64,000 nt of DNA from Bacteroidota bacterium (GCA_020048645.1 JAIFMG010000040.1:20068-84067); one strand, 5' to 3'; shown: positions 46,980 through 56,659, counted from the first letter of the stretch. Translations and numbers: made by a program. The notes: generated from the letters alone by a model not told the origin.

Positions 46980-47945
46980 CTACGAAAAGCCGCCCAGCCG
47001 TCCAAGCCGCGCCAGCCCCCGAAGGCCGGCGTTGGGCCCCCAGTCCCAGCTCGCCGACAGCTCGACTTGGCGGTGCGGCCAACTGTGCAGCCCCGCCGAG
47101 GAGCTCGCCCTCCAGACGGCCCGGCGCCCCTGCCAGGCCAGCTCGGCCCGCCAGAGCAGCGGCGAGTCGCCCATGTCGGAGTAGCCCATGTAGCCCGCCA
47201 GCTCGCCCGAGACCGACAGCCGCCGCCCCTCGAACGACAGCCCGCCCGCGTGCGAGAAGGCGTCGTTCTGGCCGTGCGGGCAGACCGTCTGCCAGACGTA
47301 GAAGCCGGCGGCCATGTGCCAGCGCAGGGTGCCGCCGCCGGGCAGCGTCGCCGAGCGGCCCATGCCCAGGTCCGCGGCATAGCCCGGCGAGTCGATGAAG
47401 CGCGAGGCCTCCTTGTCGGTGCCCGAGGCCGTCCGGCACGAGAGCCGCAGCACCAGGTCGGGCAGCCGCGCGTGCCCCCTGGCCAGCGCGAAGCCGGTGG
47501 CGAAGGCTAGGTCGCCGAAGGCAAAGCCCTCGCGCCCGCCCAGCAGGAAGGCGCGGTTGCGGTAGCTCAGCGCGCTGTCCATGCGGAAGGCCTCCACGGC
47601 CACGTAGTCGAGCCAGAAGGCCACCCGCCCCTGCGCGAAAGGCAGGCCCAGCCGCAGCTTGGTGTCGAGCGAGCGGTCGCCCTCCTGCCAGCCCGCCCCG
47701 ACGGCCTGCCGGTAGAAAGCCCGCTCGGGCAGACGGCCCCATAGGCTGTACGGGACAGGCAAGGCGTTGGGCCCCAAGTAGTTCGGGCCAAGGATCTGGT
47801 AAGCCGTCCAATGCGTAATGCCGTCCCAGTTGGCATACGGGTCGGTGTAAGGCAGGAGGCAGTCTTGCGCCCGGGCCTGCGAAGCCGACAAGGCCAGGGC
47901 CAGGAACAGGCGGCCAGACCACCGCGGGAGATTGGGCATCGGCAT
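46980..47945 (-). CDS. Outer-membrane beta-barrel-like secreted protein, hypothetical
   Basis: Signal peptide MPMPNLPRWSGRLFLALALSASQARAQ. Gly/aromatic-rich alternating strands. It is the first gene of the PAP2 / PurL-like / GT operon. Confidence 0.55.
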   Translation of the reverse strand: MPMPNLPRWSGRLFLALALSASQARAQDCLLPYTDPYANWDGITHWTAYQILGPNYLGPNALPVPYSLWGRLPERAFYRQAVGAGWQEGDRSLDTKLRLGLPFAQGRVAFWLDYVAVEAFRMDSALSYRNRAFLLGGREGFAFGDLAFATGFALARGHARLPDLVLRLSCRTASGTDKEASRFIDSPGYAADLGMGRSATLPGGGTLRWHMAAGFYVWQTVCPHGQNDAFSHAGGLSFEGRRLSVSGELAGYMGYSDMGDSPLLWRAELAWQGRRAVWRASSSAGLHSWPHRQVELSASWDWGPNAGLRGLARLGRLGGFS

Positions 47946-48215
47946 GGGTCAAGAAATGGTGAAGCCAATGTGAAGCGAGCGCGCCACCGGCCTGGGAAGT
48001 TCAAAAAAAATTCAGATTGAGACAACAATTCGGGGCAAGTTTGCGTAAAAGGTCGCTAACAACCAGGCCCTGATCGGCCCGATGGCCCATCCAATTTCAT
48101 CCCAATTTTTTCTAAAACATTACACCTCAACAAGTTCCACAAAGGATAAAATTTGTTAATACGCCTTATTTTTCGTTCCTTCGCGTCCGAGTCTTAATGT
48201 TTCACCCAATCCAAA

Positions 48216-48893
48216 ATGCTTATGCCAGTAATCCTCAAAATCGCAGCGGCGCTCTTGGCCTATCTGATAGGCTCAATCGCCACGTCGGTCTGGGTAGGGA
48301 AGATTTTCTACGGGATCGACATCCGCGAGCATGGGAGCGGAAACGCCGGAGCCACCAACACCTTCCGGGTGCTGGGCAAGAAGGCCGGCATCCCCGTGCT
48401 CATCATCGACATCCTCAAAGGTTTCGCCGCCGTGAGCCTGATCCGCCTGACGGACTACTACGTCCCGGGCACCTCGGCCTACTACAACTCGGCCCTGTTC
48501 TTGGGAGCCATGGCCATCCTGGGCCACATCTTCCCCGTCTATGTGGGCTTCCGTGGAGGCAAAGGCGTGGCCACCCTGTTCGGAGTGGTCCTGGCCGTCC
48601 ATCCGCCCGCCGCGCTGCTGACCGTGGCCATCTTCCTGACGATGCTCTTCGTCTCGAAGTACGTCTCCCTCAGCTCCATGGTGGCCGGGCTGTCCTTCCC
48701 CTTCCTGCTGCTGGTCATCTTCAAGACCACCTCAACGACCTTGGTCATCTTCGGAATCGTGGTGTCGGTGCTACTGCTGTTCACCCACCAGCAAAACATC
48801 GAAAGACTGATCAAGCGAGAGGAATCCAAGGCCAACATCCGGCTTCGGAGACGCAGGAGGCAGACGATGGACATCGACCTGGACCTCGACTGA
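48216..48893 (+). CDS. plsY: Glycerol-3-phosphate acyltransferase PlsY
   Basis: AYLIGSIATSVWVGKIFYGIDIREHGSGNAGATNTFRVLGKKAG...GFRGGKGVAT is the canonical PlsY sequence. It has an unusual Arg-rich C-terminal extension. Confidence 0.85.
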   Translation: MLMPVILKIAAALLAYLIGSIATSVWVGKIFYGIDIREHGSGNAGATNTFRVLGKKAGIPVLIIDILKGFAAVSLIRLTDYYVPGTSAYYNSALFLGAMAILGHIFPVYVGFRGGKGVATLFGVVLAVHPPAALLTVAIFLTMLFVSKYVSLSSMVAGLSFPFLLLVIFKTTSTTLVIFGIVVSVLLLFTHQQNIERLIKREESKANIRLRRRRRQTMDIDLDLD

Positions 48894-49178
48894 AACCTTT
48901 CTGGACCTTTCCAGAACGAAGGCGGAGTTCCCTGACACGGAGTTCCGCTTTCGTCGTTTCTGGGGCGATCGTTCGCTCGGCGAATCGCCCGCGGCTATCG
49001 CAACGCTGTCCGGAGATGCGGCGAAAAAGTCCAGCGGAAATTTGGGAATCCCGCCATCGAGCACTAAATTGCGCAGGCCAATCCCTGGCCCATCCTCCCA
49101 AAACAGCATCCAGACCCTGGCCGCCTAGCGCCCAACCCTCCCGCATCCTGGCCGTAGCGCCAGCAGGTTTTCGATTTG

Positions 49179-49188
49179 CCCCCCCCCC
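49179..49188 (+). repeat. Homopolymeric C10 tract in the leader of the second type IIG gene
   Basis: tcgatttg-CCCCCCCCCC-agcgag. The tract directly follows a TcgaTTTG near -7 box and ends 39 nt before the ATG at 49228. Confidence 0.9.
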
Positions 49189-49227
49189 AGCGAGCTTTTC
49201 TAACTTCCATCCCTAACCTCAACGAAA

Positions 49228-52200
49228 ATGGCCTTATTCCAAAAATCGGTAACGGACAGATATTTGAAAGGTCTTGATGCTGACAAAGTAAACAAGGCGT
49301 TTGAGAATTTCCAGAAATTCTATGGCAACCTGGCACGGCTGGCCAATATCCTGCAGCTCAAAGAAGAGAATTACCAAGAAGGATTCTTGCGGGAAATCTT
49401 TGTCCAAACCTTGGGCTATTCCTTGAACCCGGATGAAAATTACAACCTGACCACCGAGTTCAAGAACCTGAAAGACAGCCGCAAAGCCGATGGCGCGATC
49501 ATCCGGAAGGGGAAAGCCATTGGCGTCATCGAACTGAAATCGACCAGGACCAAAGACATTGAAAGCATAAAAGAACAGGCCTTTGGCTACAAGAACAACC
49601 AGCCAGATTGCAAATATGTGATCACCTCGAACTTCCAGAGCCTGCGCCTGTACGTGGAAAATGCCACCGAATACGAAGAATTTGATTTGTTCGAACTGGC
49701 CCAGAGCCGCGAAACTGGCAGCATACCCCGCCGTTTCAGCGAGTTTTACCTCCTGTTGAGCCACGAAAGCATTTCCAGCGATTTGCCAGAAAAGCTCAAG
49801 CAGGAGACCAAATTCCACGAAGAGAAAATCTCGGCCCAACTTTACACGGACTACAAGCAGTTCAAGGACAAGGTTTTCAACAACCTGATACTTAGGAACC
49901 CCCAATACGACAAGCTGACGCTTTTCAAGAAGTCGCAAAAGCTCTTGGACCGTTTTCTTTTCGTCCTTTTTGCCGAAGACTGCGGACTGATACCGCACAA
50001 TGCCATCAGCAAAATCATCGAGCAATGGAAAGATTTGAGGGAGCTCGACGAATACAAACCGCTTTACAGCCGTTTCCAAAAACTCTTCGAGCATCTGGAC
50101 AAAGGCCATGTGTACCAAAAGTGGGGCGAAATTCCCGCGTATAACGGTGGACTGTTTCGCCACGATGAAATATTGGACAGTTCCCAGATAAAAATTGATG
50201 ATGCTGTCTTGGAAAAGGATAGCCTGAAGCTTTCCGCCTACGATTTCAGCTCCGAGGTCGATGTGAATATCTTGGGGCATATTTTTGAGCATTCACTCAA
50301 CGAAATCGAAGAGATTGAGCGCGAATTGCAAGCCGACGAGTCAAGAACGGAAAAGGATGCTCTCGCGCGGAAAGAACTCAGCAAACGCAAAAAAGATGGT
50401 GTGTTTTACACCCCAAAATACATCACCCAATACATCGTAGAAAATACGGTTGGCAGGCTTTGCCAAAAGAAGAAAGCCGAATTGCGAATCCACAACTTGC
50501 TGATTGACGATGCGTACTTCACCCGTAGGGTCAATCCCTCGGGAAAGCCCAAGCTCAACCCTATCGGAAAACAGCTTTTTGAAACGCTCAACGCCTACAA
50601 AAATTGGCTTTTCGATCTAAAAATCCTTGATCCGGCCTGCGGTAGCGGAGCATTCCTGAACCAAACGCTCGATTTTCTGATCGCCGAGCACAAGCAGATC
50701 GATGACAGGCTCAAAGAGCTCACTGGCGAGACCTTGCCTTTGCACGACACGGACAAAACCATTTTGGAAAACAACATTTATGGTGTTGATATCAACGAAG
50801 AAAGCGTTGAGATAGCCAAACTTTCGCTTTGGTTGCGAACCGCGCAGCGTGGCAGGAAACTGTCCGATCTGTCGGGCAACATAAAATGCGGAAACTCCTT
50901 GATCGACGACCCCAACATCGCTGGCGACAAGGCATTTGACTGGGAGAAGGAATTTCCACATGTTTTCCATCCTGAAGCAAAAGAAAAGGTCTATCAAAAA
51001 CTGCCGGAAAGCAAACCCGATTATATCAAACTGGTAAAAGAAAAATCTAAAGAAGCCCAAATCAAAGCAGAACAGGCCGCCCAATTGTCGAAAGACGCAC
51101 TGGAGATTTCCAAGCAGGTCTATGAATATGCCGAAAAGATTCCGTCCGCCAACGAGCCTTCGCCTGGCTACGGAACAAAAAAAGGAGGATTTGATGTGGT
51201 TTTGGGAAATCCTCCTTATGTCCGAATACAAGGCCTAAAAGCCAATTACGAAAAAGAAAGTTTGTACTATGAAAAGAACTACAAATCAGCGGTATCAAAT
51301 TATGACATTTATGTTTTATTTCTCGAAAAATCTTTGGCATTGCTAAAATCCGATGGGAAGGCATCCTTCATTTTGCCCCACAAATTTTTGATTTCGGAAT
51401 TTGGCAAAGGCATACGGGGCTTGTTGGCTGAAAAAAGATTTGCCGAGAGTCTTGTCCATTTTGGTTCGGAGATGGTTTTTGAGGACGCGTCAACCTATAC
51501 CTGCGTTTTCAACCTCTCGAATGGAAACAATCAACTAAAGTTCAAGCAGTTAAAACCGAATGAAATTGCCTTGCCTTTCACTTTCGAACTGATTTCCTAT
51601 GACAAGCTGAGTTCTGAAAAATGGCATTTGAACGAAGCTGGCATCGCGGATGTTCTGGAAAAGATCAACCAACAGGCACTTAGGGTGAAGGATGTGTTCG
51701 CAAAGATTTTTGTCGGACTGCAAACAAGTGGTGATGACGTTTACCAAATCAAAGGAAAGCGATTGGGAACTTTCGTGGAAGGATACTCGAAAGCATTGGA
51801 CAAGATTGTCAGAATCGAAAGTCGTCTTGTTCAGCCAATGCTGAAAGGCGAAGACATATCCAAATATCGACATCTTGAAAACCAATATTTTGTGATTTTC
51901 CCCTATCTGCTGCAAGACGGAAAAGCCACGCCCATGACCGAAGATTTCATCAAAACCAATTTCCCCTCCGGATACGAATACCTCAAGAAAAATGAAACTT
52001 TCTTGAGAGGGCGAGAAAAAGGAAAAATGGACAAAGAAGGATGGTTTCTTTACATTTATCCCAAGAGCCTGGCCATCTTTGAACAACCTAAAATCATAAC
52101 ACCCGACATTTCACTGGGTTCCAACATGAGTTTTGACGAAGGCAAGTTTTACCATGGGACGACTTTGTACAGTTTTGTCAAAAATGATGCTTTTAAAGAG

Positions 52201-52749
52201 GACACTAAATTTTGGCTTTCGCTTCTAAATTCTAAAATCCTATGGTTTTTCATCAAAAACACAGGAACAGAATTAAGAGGCGGATATTTTAGGTACCAAA
52301 CCAAATACCTGGAACCATTTCCTTTACCCCGGCTCAAGGATATTTCAGGACAACAACCCTTCATCGAAAAAGCCAACCGAATGCTTTCTTTGAACAAAGA
52401 ACTGCAAACCGAAAAACACAATTTCATCAAAACGCTGTTAGAAGAACTTTCCCCAGCCGATGCTTTGCTCCAAGGGCAGAAAAAAAGCATCAACATAACA
52501 AAAAAGTTGGACGCATTTTACGAAATGGAATACGACGCGTTCAAAAATGAGCTTTCTAAGCAGAAAATCAAGATCAGCTTGGGCGATGCGAACAACCAGT
52601 GGAGAGACTATTTCAACACCACGCAACTTAGAATAAACGAGCTTCGCATCCAGATAAACCAGACGGACAAGGAAATCGACAAAATGGTCTATCAACTGTA
52701 CGAACTTTCGCCTGAAGAAATTGAAATTGTCGAAAATTCAACGAAATGA
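49228..52749 (+). CDS. Type IIG restriction enzyme / N6-adenine DNA methyltransferase fusion (second copy), in an AT-rich insertion
   Basis: 1173 aa. N-terminal nuclease motif (...KADGAII...IGVIELKS), motif I DPACGSGAFLN, motif IV GNPPYVRIQ, and a C-terminal recognition domain. Line 51301-51360 has 19/60 G+C. Confidence 0.85.
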   Translation: MALFQKSVTDRYLKGLDADKVNKAFENFQKFYGNLARLANILQLKEENYQEGFLREIFVQTLGYSLNPDENYNLTTEFKNLKDSRKADGAIIRKGKAIGVIELKSTRTKDIESIKEQAFGYKNNQPDCKYVITSNFQSLRLYVENATEYEEFDLFELAQSRETGSIPRRFSEFYLLLSHESISSDLPEKLKQETKFHEEKISAQLYTDYKQFKDKVFNNLILRNPQYDKLTLFKKSQKLLDRFLFVLFAEDCGLIPHNAISKIIEQWKDLRELDEYKPLYSRFQKLFEHLDKGHVYQKWGEIPAYNGGLFRHDEILDSSQIKIDDAVLEKDSLKLSAYDFSSEVDVNILGHIFEHSLNEIEEIERELQADESRTEKDALARKELSKRKKDGVFYTPKYITQYIVENTVGRLCQKKKAELRIHNLLIDDAYFTRRVNPSGKPKLNPIGKQLFETLNAYKNWLFDLKILDPACGSGAFLNQTLDFLIAEHKQIDDRLKELTGETLPLHDTDKTILENNIYGVDINEESVEIAKLSLWLRTAQRGRKLSDLSGNIKCGNSLIDDPNIAGDKAFDWEKEFPHVFHPEAKEKVYQKLPESKPDYIKLVKEKSKEAQIKAEQAAQLSKDALEISKQVYEYAEKIPSANEPSPGYGTKKGGFDVVLGNPPYVRIQGLKANYEKESLYYEKNYKSAVSNYDIYVLFLEKSLALLKSDGKASFILPHKFLISEFGKGIRGLLAEKRFAESLVHFGSEMVFEDASTYTCVFNLSNGNNQLKFKQLKPNEIALPFTFELISYDKLSSEKWHLNEAGIADVLEKINQQALRVKDVFAKIFVGLQTSGDDVYQIKGKRLGTFVEGYSKALDKIVRIESRLVQPMLKGEDISKYRHLENQYFVIFPYLLQDGKATPMTEDFIKTNFPSGYEYLKKNETFLRGREKGKMDKEGWFLYIYPKSLAIFEQPKIITPDISLGSNMSFDEGKFYHGTTLYSFVKNDAFKEDTKFWLSLLNSKILWFFIKNTGTELRGGYFRYQTKYLEPFPLPRLKDISGQQPFIEKANRMLSLNKELQTEKHNFIKTLLEELSPADALLQGQKKSINITKKLDAFYEMEYDAFKNELSKQKIKISLGDANNQWRDYFNTTQLRINELRIQINQTDKEIDKMVYQLYELSPEEIEIVENSTK

Positions 52750-52843
52750 GGAAATGACAATTTAACTCAAATAATTGAATAACAATTTGTTACACATTCA
52801 CCTCAACCCTAGCTGCCCCACCCACCCCCCAAACTCCAAGACC

Positions 52844-53302
52844 ATGAAAAGAAAGACCCTCTGGGGCATCCTCGCGCTGGCGTTGCTCGCCGCCTGCGAC
52901 AGCGCCAAGGTATTCGAAGACCACCAGACGATGGACCAGGCCATGTGGGAGCAGCCCATGGGCCTGATGTTCAGCCCCGTGCTCGAAAAGGCCGGGGCCT
53001 ACGAGCTTTCCATCGTGTTGCGGCACGTGGAGGGCTTCCCCAACGAGCGGGTGCCCATCCTGCTGCGGCACACGGCCCCCTCGGGCGCCGACAGCAGCTT
53101 CGCCGAGATGCTGGAGGTGCGCGACGCCAGCGGCTACCTCGGCTCGGGCATGGGCGACATCTGGGACCTGGAGCAGGTCATCGTGCCGCGGCTCGAAATC
53201 GGCGAGCCGGGAAAGCAGGCCTTCCAGCTCTACCACGCCAGCGACAGCCCGGCCCTGCTGGGCGTCATGGAGGTCGGCCTGAAAATCCGCGCCGTCGAAT
53301 AG
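52844..53302 (+). CDS. gldH: Gliding-motility lipoprotein GldH
   Basis: The ATG at 52844 gives MKRKTLWGILALALLAAC|DSAKVFEDHQ...W...YELSIVLRHVEGFPNERVPILL...GSGMGDIW...VMEVGLKIR. It is collinear with Flavobacterium GldH as I recall it (SCDKKRVFDEYQSI, NLRNNNDYPFSNL, GNGFSDI, EVGFRIEK). Confidence 0.7.
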   Translation: MKRKTLWGILALALLAACDSAKVFEDHQTMDQAMWEQPMGLMFSPVLEKAGAYELSIVLRHVEGFPNERVPILLRHTAPSGADSSFAEMLEVRDASGYLGSGMGDIWDLEQVIVPRLEIGEPGKQAFQLYHASDSPALLGVMEVGLKIRAVE

Positions 53303-53324
53303 GCCGGCGACATGGCCCGCCCCA

Positions 53325-53369
53325 ACGCAAGAGCGGCGGCTCCTTGGCTGGGGCCGCCGCTCGCGTTTT
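53325..53369. terminator. Hairpin terminator between convergent gldH and the POT transporter gene
   Basis: acgc(aa)gagcggcggc ... gccgccgctcgcgt, a 14-bp stem with a 2-nt bulge, then TTT. Confidence 0.5.
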
Positions 53370-53384
53370 GCCGGCAAAACCGAT

Positions 53385-55268
53385 TCAGGTCATGGGCTTC
53401 TTCTCGTTCTCTTCGACGACCCGGCGCAGCCAGGGCAGCAGGATGAAGATGCCGACCACGGCCACCATCACCAGCGCCACGTTGGTCAGGAAGAAGAACT
53501 CCTTGCGCTCGAAAAGGTCCCAGAAGCCCGAGAGCACGCCCGAGAGCTTGTTGCCAATGGCCGTCGAAAGGAACCAGCCGCCCATCATCAGCGCCGCGAT
53601 GCGCTTGGGGCTGAGCTTCGAGACCAGCGAGAGGCCCATCGGGCTGAGGAACAGCTCGCCGAAGGTGATGACGCCATAGACGCCGAACAGCCAGGCCACG
53701 GAGGTCTTGGTGGTGCCGCTGTCCGAGACCAGCGCGGCGCCGACCATGACCAGCATCGACATGGCCGTGATGAACAGGCCGATGCCGATCTTGGCGGGCG
53801 TGGAAGGCTCTTTCGAGCGGTTGCGCAAGAAGGTGAAGAAGGCCACCACCACCGGGGTGAAGATGATGATGAAGAAGGGGTTGATGGAGGCCTGCAACTC
53901 GGTGGGCCAGAGCATCATGGTTCCCCAGCCCGATTTCTTGTCGTCGGGGATGTTCTCCCAGGCGAGCTGCTCGGCCTGGGTCAGGCCCATCTGGGCCAGC
54001 CAAGCCTGCGAGGCCTGGTCCCACTGTTCGAGGCGGGCCTGTGCGGCGGCCTTGTCGGCCTCGGCGGCTTCCTCAAGGGCCTTGACCAGGGGCAGGCGGG
54101 CCTGCTCGACGTAGTCGGCGCGGTAGATGTTCTTGACGTCTGCGGGCACTTCTACGATGTTGCCTGCGGGCGCCTGGCCGTCGAAGTTGTCGAAGTAGTA
54201 GCTCCCGCTCACGGTGTAGCCGAGGAACTCGCCGTGCAGGCCGGAGTTCTCGCTGACGCGGGGCGCGGTGGAGACTTCCTCGGTGAGCTTGAGGGTGCTG
54301 AAGACGGTCTGGGTGATGGTACCGGCCTCGCGGTCGGTGTTGTTCTTGGCCCAGAAGGTCAGGGCCGAGCCGTTCTGGTGGAAGACCGCCCAGAAGACCA
54401 CGACCACGCCCATGACGGCCAGCAGCGCCTTGATGGGCTCCTTCTCTTCGGGCGCGGCCGTGCGTACCAGGTTGATGTAGAAGAGGATGACCGGGATGCT
54501 GAAGAAGATGAAGGCGTCGGTGGAATCGGCGCCGAAGACGTTGCCCGGGATGAACCAGCCCAAGGCGGCGGCCACCATCGCGGGGACGAACAGCTTGACG
54601 AAGATCTGGCCCAGGGGCATGTCGCCTTCCTGGGTGGGCGAGATGACGTCGGCCTCCTTGATGCGCGGAGCCATCGTCTGCCCGATGAGCAGCCAGGTCA
54701 CGCCGATCAACATGCCGATGCCCGCGGCCCCGAAGGCCCAGCCCCAGCCGAACTCGAGCCGCAGGTAGGCCGCCACGAAGTTGCAGATGAAAGCCCCGAC
54801 GTTGATGCCCATGTAGAAGATGTTGAAGCCAGAATCTTTAAGATGTTTGTATTCGTCGTTTTCATAAAGTTTGCCCAACAAAACCGAGATATTCGGTTTG
54901 AACAAGCCATTGCCCAAGATGATCAGCAGCAAGGAACCGAAAAACGCCGGAAAACTGTTCGGAATGGCCAGCCCCAGGTAGCCCGCGGCCATCAGCAGGC
55001 CGCCAATGACAATCGAGCGGCGATAGCCCAGGACACGGTCGGCCAGCAGGCCGCCGAAAAAGGGCGTCAGGTAAACCAAGGCCAGGTAAGTTCCGTAAAT
55101 GTCGGCCGACTGGGCGTTGCTCAGGCCCATGCCCGGAAATTTCTCGTCGCCACCGGCGACCATGTAGAGCGTGAAGATGCCGAGGATAAGGTAGAAGCCG
55201 AAGCGCTCCCACATCTCCGTGAAAAAGAGCACCATCAGCCCCTTGGGGTGTTTGCTTGTCTTGGACAT
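53385..55268 (-). CDS. POT/PTR2-family proton-dependent di/tripeptide transporter
   Basis: FFTEMWERFGFYLILGIF (ExxERFxYY motif), FGGLLADRVLGYRR, a multi-TM layout and a large hydrophilic insertion. Confidence 0.85.
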   Translation of the reverse strand: MSKTSKHPKGLMVLFFTEMWERFGFYLILGIFTLYMVAGGDEKFPGMGLSNAQSADIYGTYLALVYLTPFFGGLLADRVLGYRRSIVIGGLLMAAGYLGLAIPNSFPAFFGSLLLIILGNGLFKPNISVLLGKLYENDEYKHLKDSGFNIFYMGINVGAFICNFVAAYLRLEFGWGWAFGAAGIGMLIGVTWLLIGQTMAPRIKEADVISPTQEGDMPLGQIFVKLFVPAMVAAALGWFIPGNVFGADSTDAFIFFSIPVILFYINLVRTAAPEEKEPIKALLAVMGVVVVFWAVFHQNGSALTFWAKNNTDREAGTITQTVFSTLKLTEEVSTAPRVSENSGLHGEFLGYTVSGSYYFDNFDGQAPAGNIVEVPADVKNIYRADYVEQARLPLVKALEEAAEADKAAAQARLEQWDQASQAWLAQMGLTQAEQLAWENIPDDKKSGWGTMMLWPTELQASINPFFIIIFTPVVVAFFTFLRNRSKEPSTPAKIGIGLFITAMSMLVMVGAALVSDSGTTKTSVAWLFGVYGVITFGELFLSPMGLSLVSKLSPKRIAALMMGGWFLSTAIGNKLSGVLSGFWDLFERKEFFFLTNVALVMVAVVGIFILLPWLRRVVEENEKKPMT

Positions 55269-55399
55269 GTCTTTTTTTGTTAAGAAGGTGATTGTTGGTT
55301 GGTTGGCGATTCCGTTGGGAAACTGGTTATGCGATATTTTCTATGGGCTTGTCAATCAAGAACTTGTCATATTTCAATCGTTTTCGGTTTTGCTGTTCA

Positions 55400-55407
55400 C
55401 AAATATA
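55400..55407 (-). promoter_or_regulatory. Candidate -7 box TATATTTG (exact TAnnTTTG)
   Basis: The reverse complement of caaatata, about 130 nt upstream of the POT start. Confidence 0.3.
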
Positions 55408-55659
55408 AAAATGATTTGGAAATTTCCTTGGCCAAGTTCGAAGGCAGACCGCCGCAAAAGAGCGATTTTCCAACGAAAATGCGGATCCGCGGGAGCTTCC
55501 GCCAAACCTTGGCGCGAATGGCTCGGACAATGCGGCATTCGAATGTGCCGCACTCGCTGGATTGGGTCGTCGGTTTCCATGCACAGCCGAGCTCGATGGT
55601 GAACTATCGGAACCCGATTGGGCACAATGCCAAGTCGCGTTCCGATATTCCACTTGGCA

Positions 55660-56658
55660 TCAGACCTGGAGACGGCGCTTCGAGAGCAGGATCCAGGCCA
55701 CCATGGGCACGCCCGCCAGGGCCGTGATGGAGTTGATGGGCAAGGGCTGCTCGGCCCCGGCGGCCAGCGAGGCCATGTCGGCGGCCACCATGACCAGGGC
55801 GCCGATGCCTCCCGAAAGCGGGATCAGCAGCAGGTGGCGGCTCCCGCGGGACAGCATCCGGGCCAGGTGCGGCACCACGATGCCCACGAAGCCGATCGGC
55901 CCGCAGAAGGCCGTGACGGTTCCGGCCATGATGCTGGTGCTCACGAAGGCCAGCGCGCGCAGCCGACGCGGATCCTGCCCCAAGGCCCGCGCACCTTCGT
56001 CGCCCAACAGCGAGCCGTCGAGGCCCTTCGAGAGGCCCAGGGCCAGCAGCGAGGCGCCCAGGCTGGCCGCCGCCAACACCCCCAACTGGCTGGGCCCGAC
56101 CCCGCCCAGGCTGCCCAAGGTCCAGACTACGAACGACTTGAGCTGGCTCGCGGGGCTGAAGTACTGCAAGATGCCCACCACCGACGAGGCCACCGCGCCG
56201 AACAGGATGCCCAGCACCAGCACCGTCATGCTGTCCGAGACACGCCGCGAGACCCACAGCACGCCCAGCAGCACCGCGCCCGCGCCCAGCCACGAACTCA
56301 CCGCGAGGCTCCACGCGCCCACCATGCCCGCCTCGGCGCCCAGCACCAGCACCGCCACCCCAAGGCTGGCCCCCGAGCTGATGCCCAGCACATAAGGCCC
56401 CGCCAGCGGGTTGCGGAAAATGCTCTGCATCAGCAGGCCGCTGATGCCCAGCGACATGCCCGCGAAAATGGCCGTCAGGGTCTTCGGAAGCCGGAACTGC
56501 CAGACGATGCGCGCCTCCAGGCTGTCAGCGCCCGGCGAGAGCAGCGCCTGGCCAAGCTCGGGCAGGCCGATGCGGACCGCCCCCAGGCCCAGCGAGACGA
56601 TGGCCAGCAAGGCCGCCGCCAGCCAAACGCCCGCCAAGAGACCCCAGCCGCCCCGCAT
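55660..56658 (-). CDS. FecCD/BtuC-family ABC transporter permease (iron-siderophore / cobalamin type)
   Basis: IVWQFRLPKTLTAIFAGMSLGISGLLMQSIFRNPLAGPYVLGISSGASLG...IGFVGIVVPHLAR is the canonical FecCD sequence. Confidence 0.85.
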   Translation of the reverse strand: MRGGWGLLAGVWLAAALLAIVSLGLGAVRIGLPELGQALLSPGADSLEARIVWQFRLPKTLTAIFAGMSLGISGLLMQSIFRNPLAGPYVLGISSGASLGVAVLVLGAEAGMVGAWSLAVSSWLGAGAVLLGVLWVSRRVSDSMTVLVLGILFGAVASSVVGILQYFSPASQLKSFVVWTLGSLGGVGPSQLGVLAAASLGASLLALGLSKGLDGSLLGDEGARALGQDPRRLRALAFVSTSIMAGTVTAFCGPIGFVGIVVPHLARMLSRGSRHLLLIPLSGGIGALVMVAADMASLAAGAEQPLPINSITALAGVPMVAWILLSKRRLQV

Positions 56659-56659
56659 C

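Noticed and set aside
49209-52820. Target-site duplication for the AT-rich R-M insertion (acctcaac near both edges, with C-rich tracts on both sides).
   Set aside because: Only an 8-nt match is shared, and the positions relative to the composition boundary are imprecise. This is too weak to call.
55283-55659. A possible degraded ABC ATPase gene downstream of the FecCD permease.
   Set aside because: None of the three minus-strand frames shows a Walker A (GxxGxGKS/T) or an ABC signature. Only an 18-codon ORF overlapping the permease stop is vaguely ATPase-like. It is left as non-coding and mentioned in the locus-decay finding.
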